Positions 11,671 to 23,600 of a stretch of DNA of 64,000 nucleotides are shown piece after piece. Origin of the DNA: Marsupella aquatica (lineage: Eukaryota; Plantae; Marchantiophyta). The stretch lies in assembly GCA_973895155.1 (NCBI GenBank), contig OZ316897.1:23542318-23606317 (forward strand), given 5' to 3'. Position 1 is the stretch's first letter. Each line of letters begins with the position of its first letter. The position numbers were made by a program, and so were the translations under genes. The notes beneath the pieces are model-generated. The model was not told where the DNA came from. It saw only the letters and a list, made by a program, of their open reading frames with translations, and ran no database searches.

Positions 11671-14600
11671 TGTTATGAATACACAAGATGATAGTAGTCA
11701 ATAATCCCCACTCACTTCCATTATGCCAAGGACTTATATAGTCCAGAAGGGTTAACATGGTTGGGTTAATGTTAACCTATCCTATACTAGGGTTAAGTCA
11801 TATTATGGGTTATAACACTTCCCCTTGGTTACTTGGACGGGTGTCAAGGAACCACACATTTAACCCTAGTTTAAAAGTGGGAGTCACTTATGATGTAGCC
11901 TCATCAAACCTTGCTGCTTTCCTCTCAAGGAAGAGTACTACCATCATTACAATTTGTGGTCCCTAATTCAGAAAGTCTCTAATGTGTATGCTCTAAGTCT
12001 AAAAGTAGCCTATTACTGTCTAAGCCAGTGGGCTAATAGTAAGTAAGCGTTTATTTGTTACTCTAGTCGGGGTAGTATTGTATTCATGATGGGGGAACAT
12101 GTGTCTCTCTGTAAACTGTTCGTTAGATACTACGATTTAGTAGTTTGTCGAGGTTCTACTTCGATTTTGCGTTGGCTGTGTGTTCGTGTCGGGAGTTGTC
12201 GTTAGTCGAGGAGGTTAGGGAGGAGAGACGATGCATTCCAATGGCGCTGACGTGCTTTCGATGTGTAGTCGCTGGTAGCGGCTTGGTGAAGAGGTCGGCG
12301 CAATTGTCTTGTGAGCTTATCCACTTTACTTGTATTTGCTTTCCGCTGTGTTCGTGCGTAAAGAAAAATTTCGGGTCTATGTGCTTGGTTCGATCGGTCT
12401 TCATGTAGCCTGTAACTATCTGGTCGACGCATGCCCTATTGTCCTCGTAGATGGTGGTTGGATTTGTGAGTAAGGTTTTTCCTGTCTGTTTGAGTATATG
12501 TGTGATTATACTACGGAGCCAAATCGCTTCGCGGCATGCCTCATAGAGGGCAATTACTTCGGCGTGATTCGATGACGTTGTGGTTAGGCTCTGCTTCGTG
12601 CTTCTCCAAGATATGGCGGTTTTACCCTGCAAGAAGACGTATCCTGTCTGCGACTTTGAATCTTGGGGGTCTGAGAGGTATCCAGCGTCCGCGTATCCTG
12701 TAAGTTCATCCTCGCTTTCGTTGGGGAAGAATAGTCCCATGTCAATTGTTCCTTGGAGGTATCGGAATACTCGTTTTATGCCGTTCCAGTGGCGTATTGT
12801 CGGGTGCGCGCTATGTCGTGCGAGGAGGCTCACTGCAAAGGATATATCCGGTCGGGTGTTGTTGGCCAGGTAAAGGAGGGCTCCGATAGCCGATAAGTAT
12901 GGCTTATCTGAATCTAGTATTGGTTCGTTGTCCTGTCTTTGCCTGAACATGTCCTTCGCAGTGTCTAAGGATCTCAGCTCCATTGGTGTTGATACCGGGT
13001 ATGCCTTTTGCATATTGAATTGTTGGAGGATTTTGTTTGTATAGGTAGACTGGCTAATGAATGTGCCTGTCTGTAGGTGATCGAACTGAAGGCCGAGGCA
13101 GTAAGTCGGTTCTCCCAGTTCTTTCATCTCGAAAATGCCCTTCATTGTGTTGATTGTTTGTCGTAATAGTCGTTGTGTACCGAAGAGATTAATGTCATCG
13201 ACATATAGCGCTAACACGACGAACTCTGTGTCTACTCTTTTGATGAATATACAGGGCGCTATGTCTTCTGTAATAAATCCGAGTGCTTGTATTTCGGTTT
13301 TAAATTTCTGGTACCATATACGGCCGCTTTGTTTCAGGCCGTTTATGGATTTCAATACTTGCACAGCAAATGCCTGCTGTCCAGTCCTTCGTTTTCCGGG
13401 GTACTGGAGTGGTGCTTTCTGTGTGTTGCCACTGCTCAACACAAGGCCTTTACAATCATCATTAGGGATAATCTGGTCAATTCCCGACTTCATATCCTTG
13501 CTCAGGTTCGGGTATTGCTTCCCCTGAATGTGTTCTGCCACTCTTTCGAGTAATTCCTTTGGTGCTTTCATATGAATTTCGGAGTCTAAGACTCCATATA
13601 GGTATGCCGTTACTACGTCCATAAGGATATTGCATAATTGGTGTTTGCGAGAGAAAGCAATTAAATACCTGAATGTCGTCACGTCCATTACTGGTGAATA
13701 TGTTAGATCATAGTCCCTGCCTGGGATCTGGGTGTATCCTTTTGCTACTAATCGCGCTCTGTATCTGATAACATCACCTTTTGCATTTCGCTTTTTAATG
13801 AACGTAAATCGGCTGTCTGTATAGTCATTGTTAGGATCAACTTGTTTGACTGGTCCGAAGACTTGTCGATGGATTAGTGCATCCATTTCTGTGTCAATGG
13901 CCTCTTTCCAGTGTGGCCAATCTGACCTTGTTTGTGCTTCTTTGATTGTTAAAGGGTCCGAAGTATCATTGGTTATTTCTTGAGCTATATGGTAAGCAAA
14001 TTGTTCGTCGACAGTAGTGTTTTGTCTCGTGTAAATTTGTCCTGTATGCTTATACTGAATTGACATCTCCTCATTACCCGATATGTCTGGTGTCTCGGAT
14101 TCATTATTAATGAAGTGAAAAGTAGTTTCAGGAATTACCTGATGGGGGCGTCTTTGGCGGGGTCGGGTATCATGTGATCCTGGTGGCCTACCTCTTTTCG
14201 CCTTAGGGGCAGCTACTGTTGCTGGAGGAGTATTCATTTGTACTCTGGCTGGTACATTGGTTGCCTCGTTGTGGGATTTTGTAACATTTGCTGCATCATT
14301 AAATGCATCTGGGATCTTATCCAGCATCTCGTGGAGGTGGAGTAATCGTCTAACTTCTGCATCCGTTTGTTTCGTCCTCGGGTCCTGGTTGAGTAAGTTT
14401 CTGCTGTTCCAGTTGATCTGGTGTGGGTGCAAGTCCCCTGTCATTTGTTTGTCTATGCTTAGGGTGGGAAAAGTGTCTTCGTAAAAATGACAATCTGTAT
14501 GTCTGGCCTTAAACACATCGGCTGTTGTCGGTTCCAGGTAGCGAATGATCGAGGATGAGTCATTTCCGATGTAGATTCCTTCTTGTCTTTGAGGTCCGAT

Positions 14601-17462
14601 TTTTGTACGCTTGGGTCCCAGTATTGGGACCATGACTTTGCATCCAAATACCCGCAGGTGTGACAGGTCTGGAGGTAGTCCGAACGCTAAGTGGTGTGGA
14701 GTCTTTGTGTTGAACGCCGATGGTCTGTATTGAAGCAGTGTGGCAGCATGGAGGACTGCGTGTCCCCATGTGGATAGGGGTAACTTTGAATTCATTAACA
14801 GGGGTCTGGTTATCATCTGTATACGCTTGATAACGGATTCTGCCATTCCGTTTTGGAAATGGACATATGGGACTGAGTATTCAGTGTCAATGCCCGCTGC
14901 CCAGCAAAACTCATCGAATGCTTTTGAGGTGAATTCCCCTGCACCATCCACTCTCAGTTTCCGAATTGGATGTTCTGGGAATTGTGCTTTAAGCTTTAGA
15001 ATGTTGGCCAGTATCCTAGCGAAGACCAAGTTGCGTGTAGAGAGTAGAGATACTTGCAGCCATTTGGTCGAAGAGTCGATGATGGCCAGGAAATACTTAA
15101 ACGGTCCACTTGGTGGGTGGATCGGGCCGCATACATCTGCGTTCAGGTGTTCCAGGAAGTTCGGGATGGCATAGATTGTCTTCTGTATTTGTGGGCGTGT
15201 AATCAGCTTCCCCTGAGAGCACGCCAGGCATTGCCTTTGTTTTGTTGATGGGTTGACTCCTTGGGGGATTCCACGGGAGTCATGAATAATTCTGCGGTAC
15301 ATGTTTACTCCGGGGTGTCCCAGTCGACAGTGCCATAAGTATGTGATATCAGGTAAGTCTGCAGTGACATAGTGAGCTTGAATTTGAGTTGCGTAGAGGC
15401 CTGGTGGTATAAGGGGTAAGGTTTCTTTAATATGTATACCTTGTTCGGTAACCTCCACGATTTGGAGGGTATCTTCCTCGTCTATTTTCACTGTGCGCAG
15501 TTGATATTTATTTGCGACTATGTCTCGGAAGCTGATGAGGTTCCTTGTAGCTCGCGGGGCGAATATCGCTGCTTCGATGGCGAGTGCAGTGCCTCCTGGG
15601 AATATTACCGTGGCTGTGCCTTTACCCTCCTCAATCTGGTTTGTGCCTGAAATGGTGGTCATATGCCGGGCTGATGGGGTAATTGAGTGGAAATATTTCT
15701 TGTCCTTTAGTATTGTATGAGACGTACCGCTGTCAATTATGCCCAGATTGGGGTCTTGTAGTGTGTAGGGTCCTCTTGCTGGAGTTACTATGTGGGTCTC
15801 CACTTCATGAGGTTGTTCGGGGTCTTTGTAGGTGGCTATTGCTTCTTCTAGCTCCATGTAGTTCCCTGCTGGGTTTTGTTTGAGTCTAGCTCTTGATTCT
15901 GTATGTTTCCTGGCTATTTGGTCCGATGCCCAACAATTTTTCTTCAGGTGTCCTATTTTTCCGCATCGGTAGCACATCCTGTCATCTTTGGTGTTGTCCG
16001 ATGCATTATCACTCATCCTGCCTCTGCCGCCTACTCCCCTGCCTCTTGTGTTGTATGATTGTCGATATCCTCGACCTCTGTAGGATTGGTTTCTACCTCT
16101 GCCTTGGTATCCGCCTCTGCCTCTTGGTCGGCCTCGTCCCATGTTATCTCGCTGATAGTAATTTATCTCTGGTTTGTGTGGTGGTGGTTCTGTTCCCGCA
16201 GGTCTTTTTCGGGCGTTTTGCATGGCGACCACCTGTTGCTTCTCTTCTACAAGTAAATGTGCGATAAGATCTGAATATGTGGTGAATTGCATATTTCGGT
16301 ACTGTGTACCGAGTGCAATGTTTGATTCGGGGAATGTACTCAGTGTCTTGTCGATCTTATCTGCGTCTGGGACTGGATGGCCGCAGAGTTCTAGTTGAGA
16401 GGTAATTTTAAATAGAGCGCTGTTGTAGTTAGCAATGGAAGTATGATCCATCACTCGTAGGTTGTACCAATCGCGGCGAGCCTCAGGAAGCCATATTTCG
16501 CGCATATGGTCGAATCGGGCCTTTAACTTGTCCCACAGGAGTCGTGGATTGACTTCGTTCATGTATTGGGATTTTAGTGAGGGAACCAAGTGCTGGCGCA
16601 AAAGGAACACGGCCTTGGCCTTCTGTTGTAGAGTCAGATTTTGGTCTGTGATTAATGTATCTTCAAGCTCCAACGATGCGAAGTATGTTTCCGCATCTAC
16701 GGCCCATGTCAAGTAGTTGCTGCCGTCTACTAGTAGGGCTGGGAAATGTAACTTCTCCAATGTTGCCATGTCTATTTCGCCTGATTTTGGGCCTTATAAA
16801 TATATGGTGTTCCTTTGTATCAAATGCCTATGACTTTCGCCTTGTCCCGCCCGATCGATCGGCTGTTGTGATGGATCAAGTTAACCAAAAGAAAGAGAAA
16901 CGATAGCGATCCTTTCGCTCAAGGCACGGGACTCATCTGCCCCTTGAATCGCATCCAAATTGTCCCCGATGGAGTTCGTTCGTATGTCCTTGTGTGCGGT
17001 CCTCAAAGTTTTCAGTTTTCGCCAATGTCTTTTATTTTGTTTTTCGCGTCTCGTCGCGTTGTCTCCTTCGTTCAAGGTTGAGAATCTTCGCTCGTGATTA
17101 GGCTCGACGCTCTATGGCCAGTTCTTTGTTCTTCGATCATAAGCTTGTTTTCTCTATTCTCGGGAGGTAGTTAGGCGGTTATTCTCGCCATTAGAGCAAA
17201 AAACACACAACATTGTGTTGTTTTCTTTGTGTGGACCTCGATCTATTGAGTTGTCAGATTTTGGGGAGGGAGCACATGTAAAAAAAATGTAATTGAGCAA
17301 GTCGCGCTGATAACGTGTTATGAATACACAAGATGATAGTAGTCAATAATCCCCACTCACTTCCATTATGCCAAGGACTTATATAGTCCAGAAGGGTTAA
17401 CATGGTTGGGTTAATGTTAACCTATCCTATACTAGGGTTAAGTCATATTATGGGTTATAACA
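11671..17462 (-). mobile_element. Intact Ty1/Copia LTR retrotransposon, Bianca lineage
   Basis: Identical 147-bp LTRs (11671-11817, 17316-17462; TG..CA), TSD ATAAT, Bianca-type PBS CGTTATCAGCGCG and PPT AAGGGGAAG. Confidence 0.95.
12156..16769 (-). CDS. Copia Gag-Pol polyprotein (1537 aa)
   Basis: Uninterrupted ORF with Gag, zinc knuckle CYRCGKIGHLKKNC, protease IIDSGT, integrase (WHCRLGHP, DGAGEF, QNGMAE), RT YVDD and RNase H (GYADAGY, IYEDN, ADLFTK). Confidence 0.95.
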   Translation of the reverse strand: MATLEKLHFPALLVDGSNYLTWAVDAETYFASLELEDTLITDQNLTLQQKAKAVFLLRQHLVPSLKSQYMNEVNPRLLWDKLKARFDHMREIWLPEARRDWYNLRVMDHTSIANYNSALFKITSQLELCGHPVPDADKIDKTLSTFPESNIALGTQYRNMQFTTYSDLIAHLLVEEKQQVVAMQNARKRPAGTEPPPHKPEINYYQRDNMGRGRPRGRGGYQGRGRNQSYRGRGYRQSYNTRGRGVGGRGRMSDNASDNTKDDRMCYRCGKIGHLKKNCWASDQIARKHTESRARLKQNPAGNYMELEEAIATYKDPEQPHEVETHIVTPARGPYTLQDPNLGIIDSGTSHTILKDKKYFHSITPSARHMTTISGTNQIEEGKGTATVIFPGGTALAIEAAIFAPRATRNLISFRDIVANKYQLRTVKIDEEDTLQIVEVTEQGIHIKETLPLIPPGLYATQIQAHYVTADLPDITYLWHCRLGHPGVNMYRRIIHDSRGIPQGVNPSTKQRQCLACSQGKLITRPQIQKTIYAIPNFLEHLNADVCGPIHPPSGPFKYFLAIIDSSTKWLQVSLLSTRNLVFARILANILKLKAQFPEHPIRKLRVDGAGEFTSKAFDEFCWAAGIDTEYSVPYVHFQNGMAESVIKRIQMITRPLLMNSKLPLSTWGHAVLHAATLLQYRPSAFNTKTPHHLAFGLPPDLSHLRVFGCKVMVPILGPKRTKIGPQRQEGIYIGNDSSSIIRYLEPTTADVFKARHTDCHFYEDTFPTLSIDKQMTGDLHPHQINWNSRNLLNQDPRTKQTDAEVRRLLHLHEMLDKIPDAFNDAANVTKSHNEATNVPARVQMNTPPATVAAPKAKRGRPPGSHDTRPRQRRPHQVIPETTFHFINNESETPDISGNEEMSIQYKHTGQIYTRQNTTVDEQFAYHIAQEITNDTSDPLTIKEAQTRSDWPHWKEAIDTEMDALIHRQVFGPVKQVDPNNDYTDSRFTFIKKRNAKGDVIRYRARLVAKGYTQIPGRDYDLTYSPVMDVTTFRYLIAFSRKHQLCNILMDVVTAYLYGVLDSEIHMKAPKELLERVAEHIQGKQYPNLSKDMKSGIDQIIPNDDCKGLVLSSGNTQKAPLQYPGKRRTGQQAFAVQVLKSINGLKQSGRIWYQKFKTEIQALGFITEDIAPCIFIKRVDTEFVVLALYVDDINLFGTQRLLRQTINTMKGIFEMKELGEPTYCLGLQFDHLQTGTFISQSTYTNKILQQFNMQKAYPVSTPMELRSLDTAKDMFRQRQDNEPILDSDKPYLSAIGALLYLANNTRPDISFAVSLLARHSAHPTIRHWNGIKRVFRYLQGTIDMGLFFPNESEDELTGYADAGYLSDPQDSKSQTGYVFLQGKTAISWRSTKQSLTTTSSNHAEVIALYEACREAIWLRSIITHILKQTGKTLLTNPTTIYEDNRACVDQIVTGYMKTDRTKHIDPKFFFTHEHSGKQIQVKWISSQDNCADLFTKPLPATTHRKHVSAIGMHRLSSLTSSTNDNSRHEHTANAKSK

Positions 17463-20400
17463 ATAATGACCATTACATCAATCATTCTAGCCAGTCATTT
17501 AGGTGAAATATTCAATGATTTGGAGAAATTCAAATTTAAGTGATCATGATAAATAATATTTCATGTCATTCAAAAATCATACATTACAAAGCCATTCAAT
17601 AGATTTGCTGAATGAAAACTTAAAGAAACATTCCATATATATCACAAATCCAATTGACATTCATACAAGATACCTTCATAAGTCTCACAGTAACTATTGA
17701 ACTCAATACAAATTTATGAAACAAAATTACATTGGCATCAATAATATTAGATTGTCAATTGTTACAACCTGACATACCAATCACTCTGCATGTTTTATAG
17801 AAAAATAGAGCTGATTCTATCATGTCTAGTGTTTCTTGACAGAGTGCTATTTCTATTGCTTCTTAAGCAATCTAGAGTTCCATAGGGCATTCATCCCTTT
17901 CACATCAGATAATTTAGATTGTTTCTCCCCTGCATTGGCAAATGGCAATGCCACATCTACAAACACTTCAATCACACGCACTCGCAAGAAAGGGCTTTCA
18001 AAATCTGCACAATGAAACTTATCTTCTCCTGGCAGCCCTGTCACCTCACCTTCTGCCACTATCATGGAATTGTCCACAATGCTCTTCATCTTCACCAAAT
18101 CTCCTCTTGCAAACTGTGAACAACACATTTTGTTAAAAATGCAATAAACAGAAATTGAAAGATAGAAGATAGAAGAACACTCAAATCAAACACACATTTA
18201 CCTTTGCAATGGGGTTAGGAGACTGCATTGGTTTCTTCTGTGCAGGTGATGCATTTGCTAAAGATCCTTTCTTCCTTTTCTTCTTTCCCTTTCTAGTTGA
18301 TGGAGTGTCATCATGCTCACTTGGAACATGAGTTTCTTTTGGCAACTCAGATGATTCTGGGGTTACATCTGGTGTCAACTGAGTCAACTTATCCTCTGGT
18401 AACTGAAAGGCATCTGAAATGGCTTCTTTGGGCAACTTAGATGGCAAAAGGTTCACTTCCAATTCAGTTTGCTTCAGAGTACTGTTAGCTGTGTCAATTG
18501 GTCTTCCCTGCGACACAGGAGGCTCCCCTAAAGATGCTATCATAAAACACACACAAGAGAAATGCATAAACAAACATGTATACACCAGCAATATATAATC
18601 ACACTAGAACATGCAAGAACATTATAAACATACAATGACATATATACACCACAATAATTACATTGAATGGACAGTGAATAGATGATAGAAAATTTTACCT
18701 CCATTATCACCTGAAAAAGTAAGAGATCGTTTTCTACTACCTTCTTTGGTAGCTGTAGTCAACTTACTGTGACTAGGAACAAATGTTGGAACTTGTGCAT
18801 TACTGGAGTGATGTGCCATCCATATAGTCATCATGTTTGTCAACTCCTTCACAGTGCCTTTCAACTCATCGACATCCAATTTGACAGCCCCAATGGCAGT
18901 GATCTCTTCTTTTGAATGTGGGGTCTGTAAATGAACCACAAACCAACACAACATTCTCACTGTCAAACTAACAAACGACACAACACTATCAAATGGAAAA
19001 TGATGTACAAATCAGATTGGAATGGCAATACTCACAGCTGATCCATGTCTGTATCCTTGCCCCAGTAAGCTAGCGCTTTTACCCTCCCCACTTGCCAATG
19101 ACGGGCTCACCTTTGCTCCCAAAAAACTACCAGTCTGACCTTCTGCACTTGCCAATGATGGGCTCATTGTCACCTTTGGCAATGAGCCCTGACTACCAAG
19201 GTTTTCTTTCAGGTCAGATATACCTGGGCTTGATCCTCTCTTCTGCTTCTGTTCAAACACACAATGAATGAGAAACTCAGAGTCTGTTTTCATCAAGATT
19301 CACAAACAAGACAGAATTGATAGTGAAAATGATATAGATAGTTTACCATTCTCTTTGCTGCTGCAGCATGCCCTCCTCTACCAAAGTGACTGGTATCTTG
19401 CACTCGTGCTCTTTTATCAGTCATCTGTTTACTCAAAGATATCAATGCTGGACTGGTGAAATGAGATACCAAAGCTGCCCATTTCTTTGGATCAACACCA
19501 GATGGCCCAGGTTTGGTTGGATCCTCATTGCAAACTTTCTTCCAATAAACATGCATTTTATGGCGCTCTCTCTTCAATATGCCACGACAATGACTCTGGA
19601 ATTTGTTGTCAATAAATTCCCCACCCACATACTCCCACTCAGCTGCCATGTTCTTCCACACACTGGTTATATGAACTCGTGGATGATCAGTCCATTTTGG
19701 CTTTGATACATCAAAGATTCTGAGTACATTGCCACGAAGTTCCTCCAGCCAGTACTGTTTGTTGGGATCAGAATCATCAATATCATTGTCATAAATCTGC
19801 ATTTCACATGCAATGTCAATTCATAACTCTGGAATTTATGCATAGTCCAGGTTTTATACACACAATAACAGAGAGGATCTATGTCTAAATCTACATTCAA
19901 AAAAAGTACAATACTCACTTTAATGTGTTTGGGCAAATCTCCCTGATTCCTTCGTACTTTGGCAGCATTATCAAACATCTTCTTAGCATGCCTTTGTTCC
20001 CTGCGCATCTCAAAGGCCCCGCCTGCAATGCACACACATGCTTTCACTTAGAAAATATGTACATTGAAAAGTTGAGCAAATGCACTTGCATATGCATGAC
20101 GAGCAGATTTGTATTACCTGAAGATCCTCTGGAATGTAGTACGTCAGATTGACCTGATCTGCCTTCAGATGCTGATGGAACCACTAAACAAACACACACC
20201 ACCAAGCACTTCAGTGAATTTTAGGAAAATGTAGAATATCAACTTCCAAACACACTGAAAAGGTATATCAGTACAATCCACTCACTTTCATATAACAGTC
20301 CAGTGTCTGGGTCTTTCCAACATCTCACCAGCCCACCTCCACCAGGCCCAGTCTTCTTAGGACCACGATTTTGTTTCTGTACCTACATCATGGACAATGT

Positions 20401-20676
20401 AAGCATATCAGCATATAATTTGAAAAAGGGACAAGGATCCCTTCCTATTAGGATGATGAAGTTCAAGCATTACCTGTTGTTCACTCTCTGGTTCTGACCC
20501 TCCAATGTCACAATCCTCAGTGTCATACCCAGAAGGAGAACCATAGCCATCATCACCAGACTCTGCCATGTTCACCTTGGTCACTTCTGATAGTCTAGAG
20601 CTCCTCCTCTTTGGCAATGTTTCAGTTGAAGTACCTTTCACCAAAGCAGGCTTTCCTCTCTCTCGTTGTACATGTG

Positions 20677-23600
20677 TGTGATGCCTAGACAGGAATCACT
20701 CGGCCGGTTAAGTGGGTAAAGCAGGAAGGCACCCTAGGAACACCTTAGTATAGTGACAAAACAAGGAAAATATAAACAATTAGGGGCAACCATGGAACCC
20801 GGGCAGAGGCCGGAGGTAAGGCTGAGGGTGAAAACCCGATTAGGGTTAGGGCGCGTTAAGCGTCGGCGGCTAGGAAGGATCAACGGGAAGAAGGACCGGC
20901 AGAGGAGAGGGGTAAGGAGCGCTTGCAGGAGATGGTGGCTCATTTGCGAGCACGAACTAGGCAGACGACTACGGGAGGCCAACTACTGTCAGCTGCTTAG
21001 GCAAGCACTCGGGGAGAGAGTAGATACCGACGATCAACCTAAGGAGGGTATGAGCAACGTCAATCAAGCGGCACATTTCTGGGGATGCCTGTTCGAACGG
21101 GCAACTGAGTACATCAAGACTTACGAGGACGAGGAGTCAGAAAGGGCAGCTCGAGAACGGCAGGAGCTCGCTCGATTGTGGGAGCTGCAGAAGACGGCTT
21201 TCTTAGGAGGCGAACTCATCAAGGACGAGTTCCTGTGGACGCCTACTTCCAATCAACTCGACGATCTTCTGTTTTGCAAAGACAGCGTCGTCGGCATCCG
21301 AGAGGCCATCAAGAACTGCAACGACATACACTGGGAATTAAAGGGTAGCACGGAAAGGTGGACCCGGGCAACGGTGCTAGGAGAGACCTCCACGGCAGCA
21401 GAGATGAAGAGGAAGGGAGCCGTCAACGATGAAGCCACCCCGGCAAAAAGAACGAGGTCGGCGGCACCAAAGAAGCCAGCCGAGCAGCAGAGCAGGAGGC
21501 AGGGAGAAGCCGAAGAGGAGGAGGTCGATCCCATCAAGGCCATTCCAACCAGGGATGACACCTGGAAGGGCTGGGCGGCAACCCTACCGGTGGAGGTGCA
21601 ACTACATTTTGCACGGGAGGAGGATGCATGCTTTACGGCCATGCAGACCAAGAAGTACCAAGGCTTCATGGCCGGATCCGGCTTGGAGGCCTTTGTAAGA
21701 TTACCATGGCTGAAGCCGGAGGTACCGGAGTCAGACCTATTAGAATTCGTGGGGTCATGGGAACCCGAGACCAATTGCACGAGGATATATGGGAAGGATT
21801 TCTATCTTACTCCCAAGGTGATTGCCGAAGTGTTTGGCTTGCCGATGGGCAATAAGACCAAAGTTGATACCAGGAAGACCTTGCCTGACAAGGAGTTCCG
21901 GTCGTTCCCCGGGCCATCAACGAAGAATGGCTTCTTCCGGAACACCTGCACCAACCCGCACATAGGAGAGATGATCGACTTCTTGCGGGTGACCATGCAT
22001 TGTAACCTGCCGAGGGCAGAGATCGGCAAGGCACAGGTCTATCTGGCAGAAAGGCCAGACCCAAGCCGGGACTACAACGGGTACCTCCTCAACCAATTGA
22101 AGAAGATCTTAAAGGAGGAGCAGCAGGTAATCGGCATGGGGAGCGTGTCGCGGCTTGGCTATCACATGCCGCTGTTGTGCCGGTATGCCAGAGGTCAGAC
22201 TTTTGCCCCGGTACTTCCCCTGCAGGTAAGGGCACCCGAGGAAGCTCCAACGCCGAGGCCGTTGGCTGAGAAGCCTCAACCACCTGTTAGTCCTACGATC
22301 GAGCAGGTGTTTAGGCCCAGGAAGGAAGACTTGCCGATGCAGCAACCAGGCATGCAGAGTCTGCTGAAACTACTGGAGAAAGAAAAGAAATCGGCATCGA
22401 CAACAACAACAACAACGGCAACGGCAACAATGCAGGACACTACTACAGAGGTAGGCCTACACCGGCTCACAAGAGAAAACCCCTTTGCTGGAGACAAGGA
22501 GAGAATCAGGCCGGAATCCAAGCCAGGTGTTCGAATGTACGTGGGAACCTCAAGCTCCGAATCTGAGGCAGAATTGCCTGAAGCTCCTACCGAGGAAGAG
22601 GAGAGGGAGAAGCCGGAAATCCAAGAGGTAGAGGAGGCAGTGGAGGACTGCAGCCATGATAATTCCGGCTATGGGTCGGACCATTACGTTCCAGGAGTAA
22701 GGACCTGTGGCCGGTTTGTCCCCACACTTCCAAGGGTAGTGCGAGGGGACCCCAACCAGCAGAGTAGCCCTGAGTCTCCCCCACCAGATGTTGCTCCCCC
22801 GAGCTTCGACGGCATAAAACAGACAGTGCAGGAATTTCAGGAGCGAATCAAGCAAGAGGAAGAGGCCGCCCTGGCTAAGGAAAAGGATTTACCAGGAGGA
22901 GATTGGCCGGAGGACATCAGGCGGCTAGCCGAAAAAGGAAGCAAACCTCTAGCCACGATTGAAGAGATCCGCAGGACGGCTTGGGAGCAGAGGCCACGAT
23001 GGGCGATGCCGATCACTTCTACTTACTCCACCTACGCTAAGAATAGAGCCATGGAGTATGGTGAGATGTGTGGGGAACTTGCGCTCGGCATCTTTGGAGA
23101 GGAGTTGGAGGTAGGACCCTTTTTCCATAGGGAGCAGTTGGAGAAGCACCAATTAGAAGAAGCGGTGGCTTTAGAGAGAAGCAAGAAGGACGAGGTCATT
23201 CGGCGGCTTAGGAGGATGGAAGCCGAGATTGAAGATCTAAGGGCGGCCAAGAAAGCCCAAGATGAACTGCGGATTAAACGACATGAGCTGAACATCATGC
23301 AGGGGCAGTTGGACGCCGCGCAGGCTGATAATCAGAATATCAAGGATAAACTGACTCAGACGCAGGAAGAGTTGGCCGACACGATCAAAGAAAGGGAAAA
23401 GTGGAAGCAAGAGCTGAAGAATACAGAGGAGGCCCACATAACAGCCAACAGCCGGGCCATGGCAGAGACCCAAAGAAAGGAATGGGCGTTGAAAGGGGAG
23501 CTCGAGAAAATCCGCGGAGCCCTTGAGCAGAAGGAGGTCGAGTTAGGGAAATCCTATCAAGGGATTATGGCGCTGCAGCAGGAGCTTGCGTCCTTGACGG

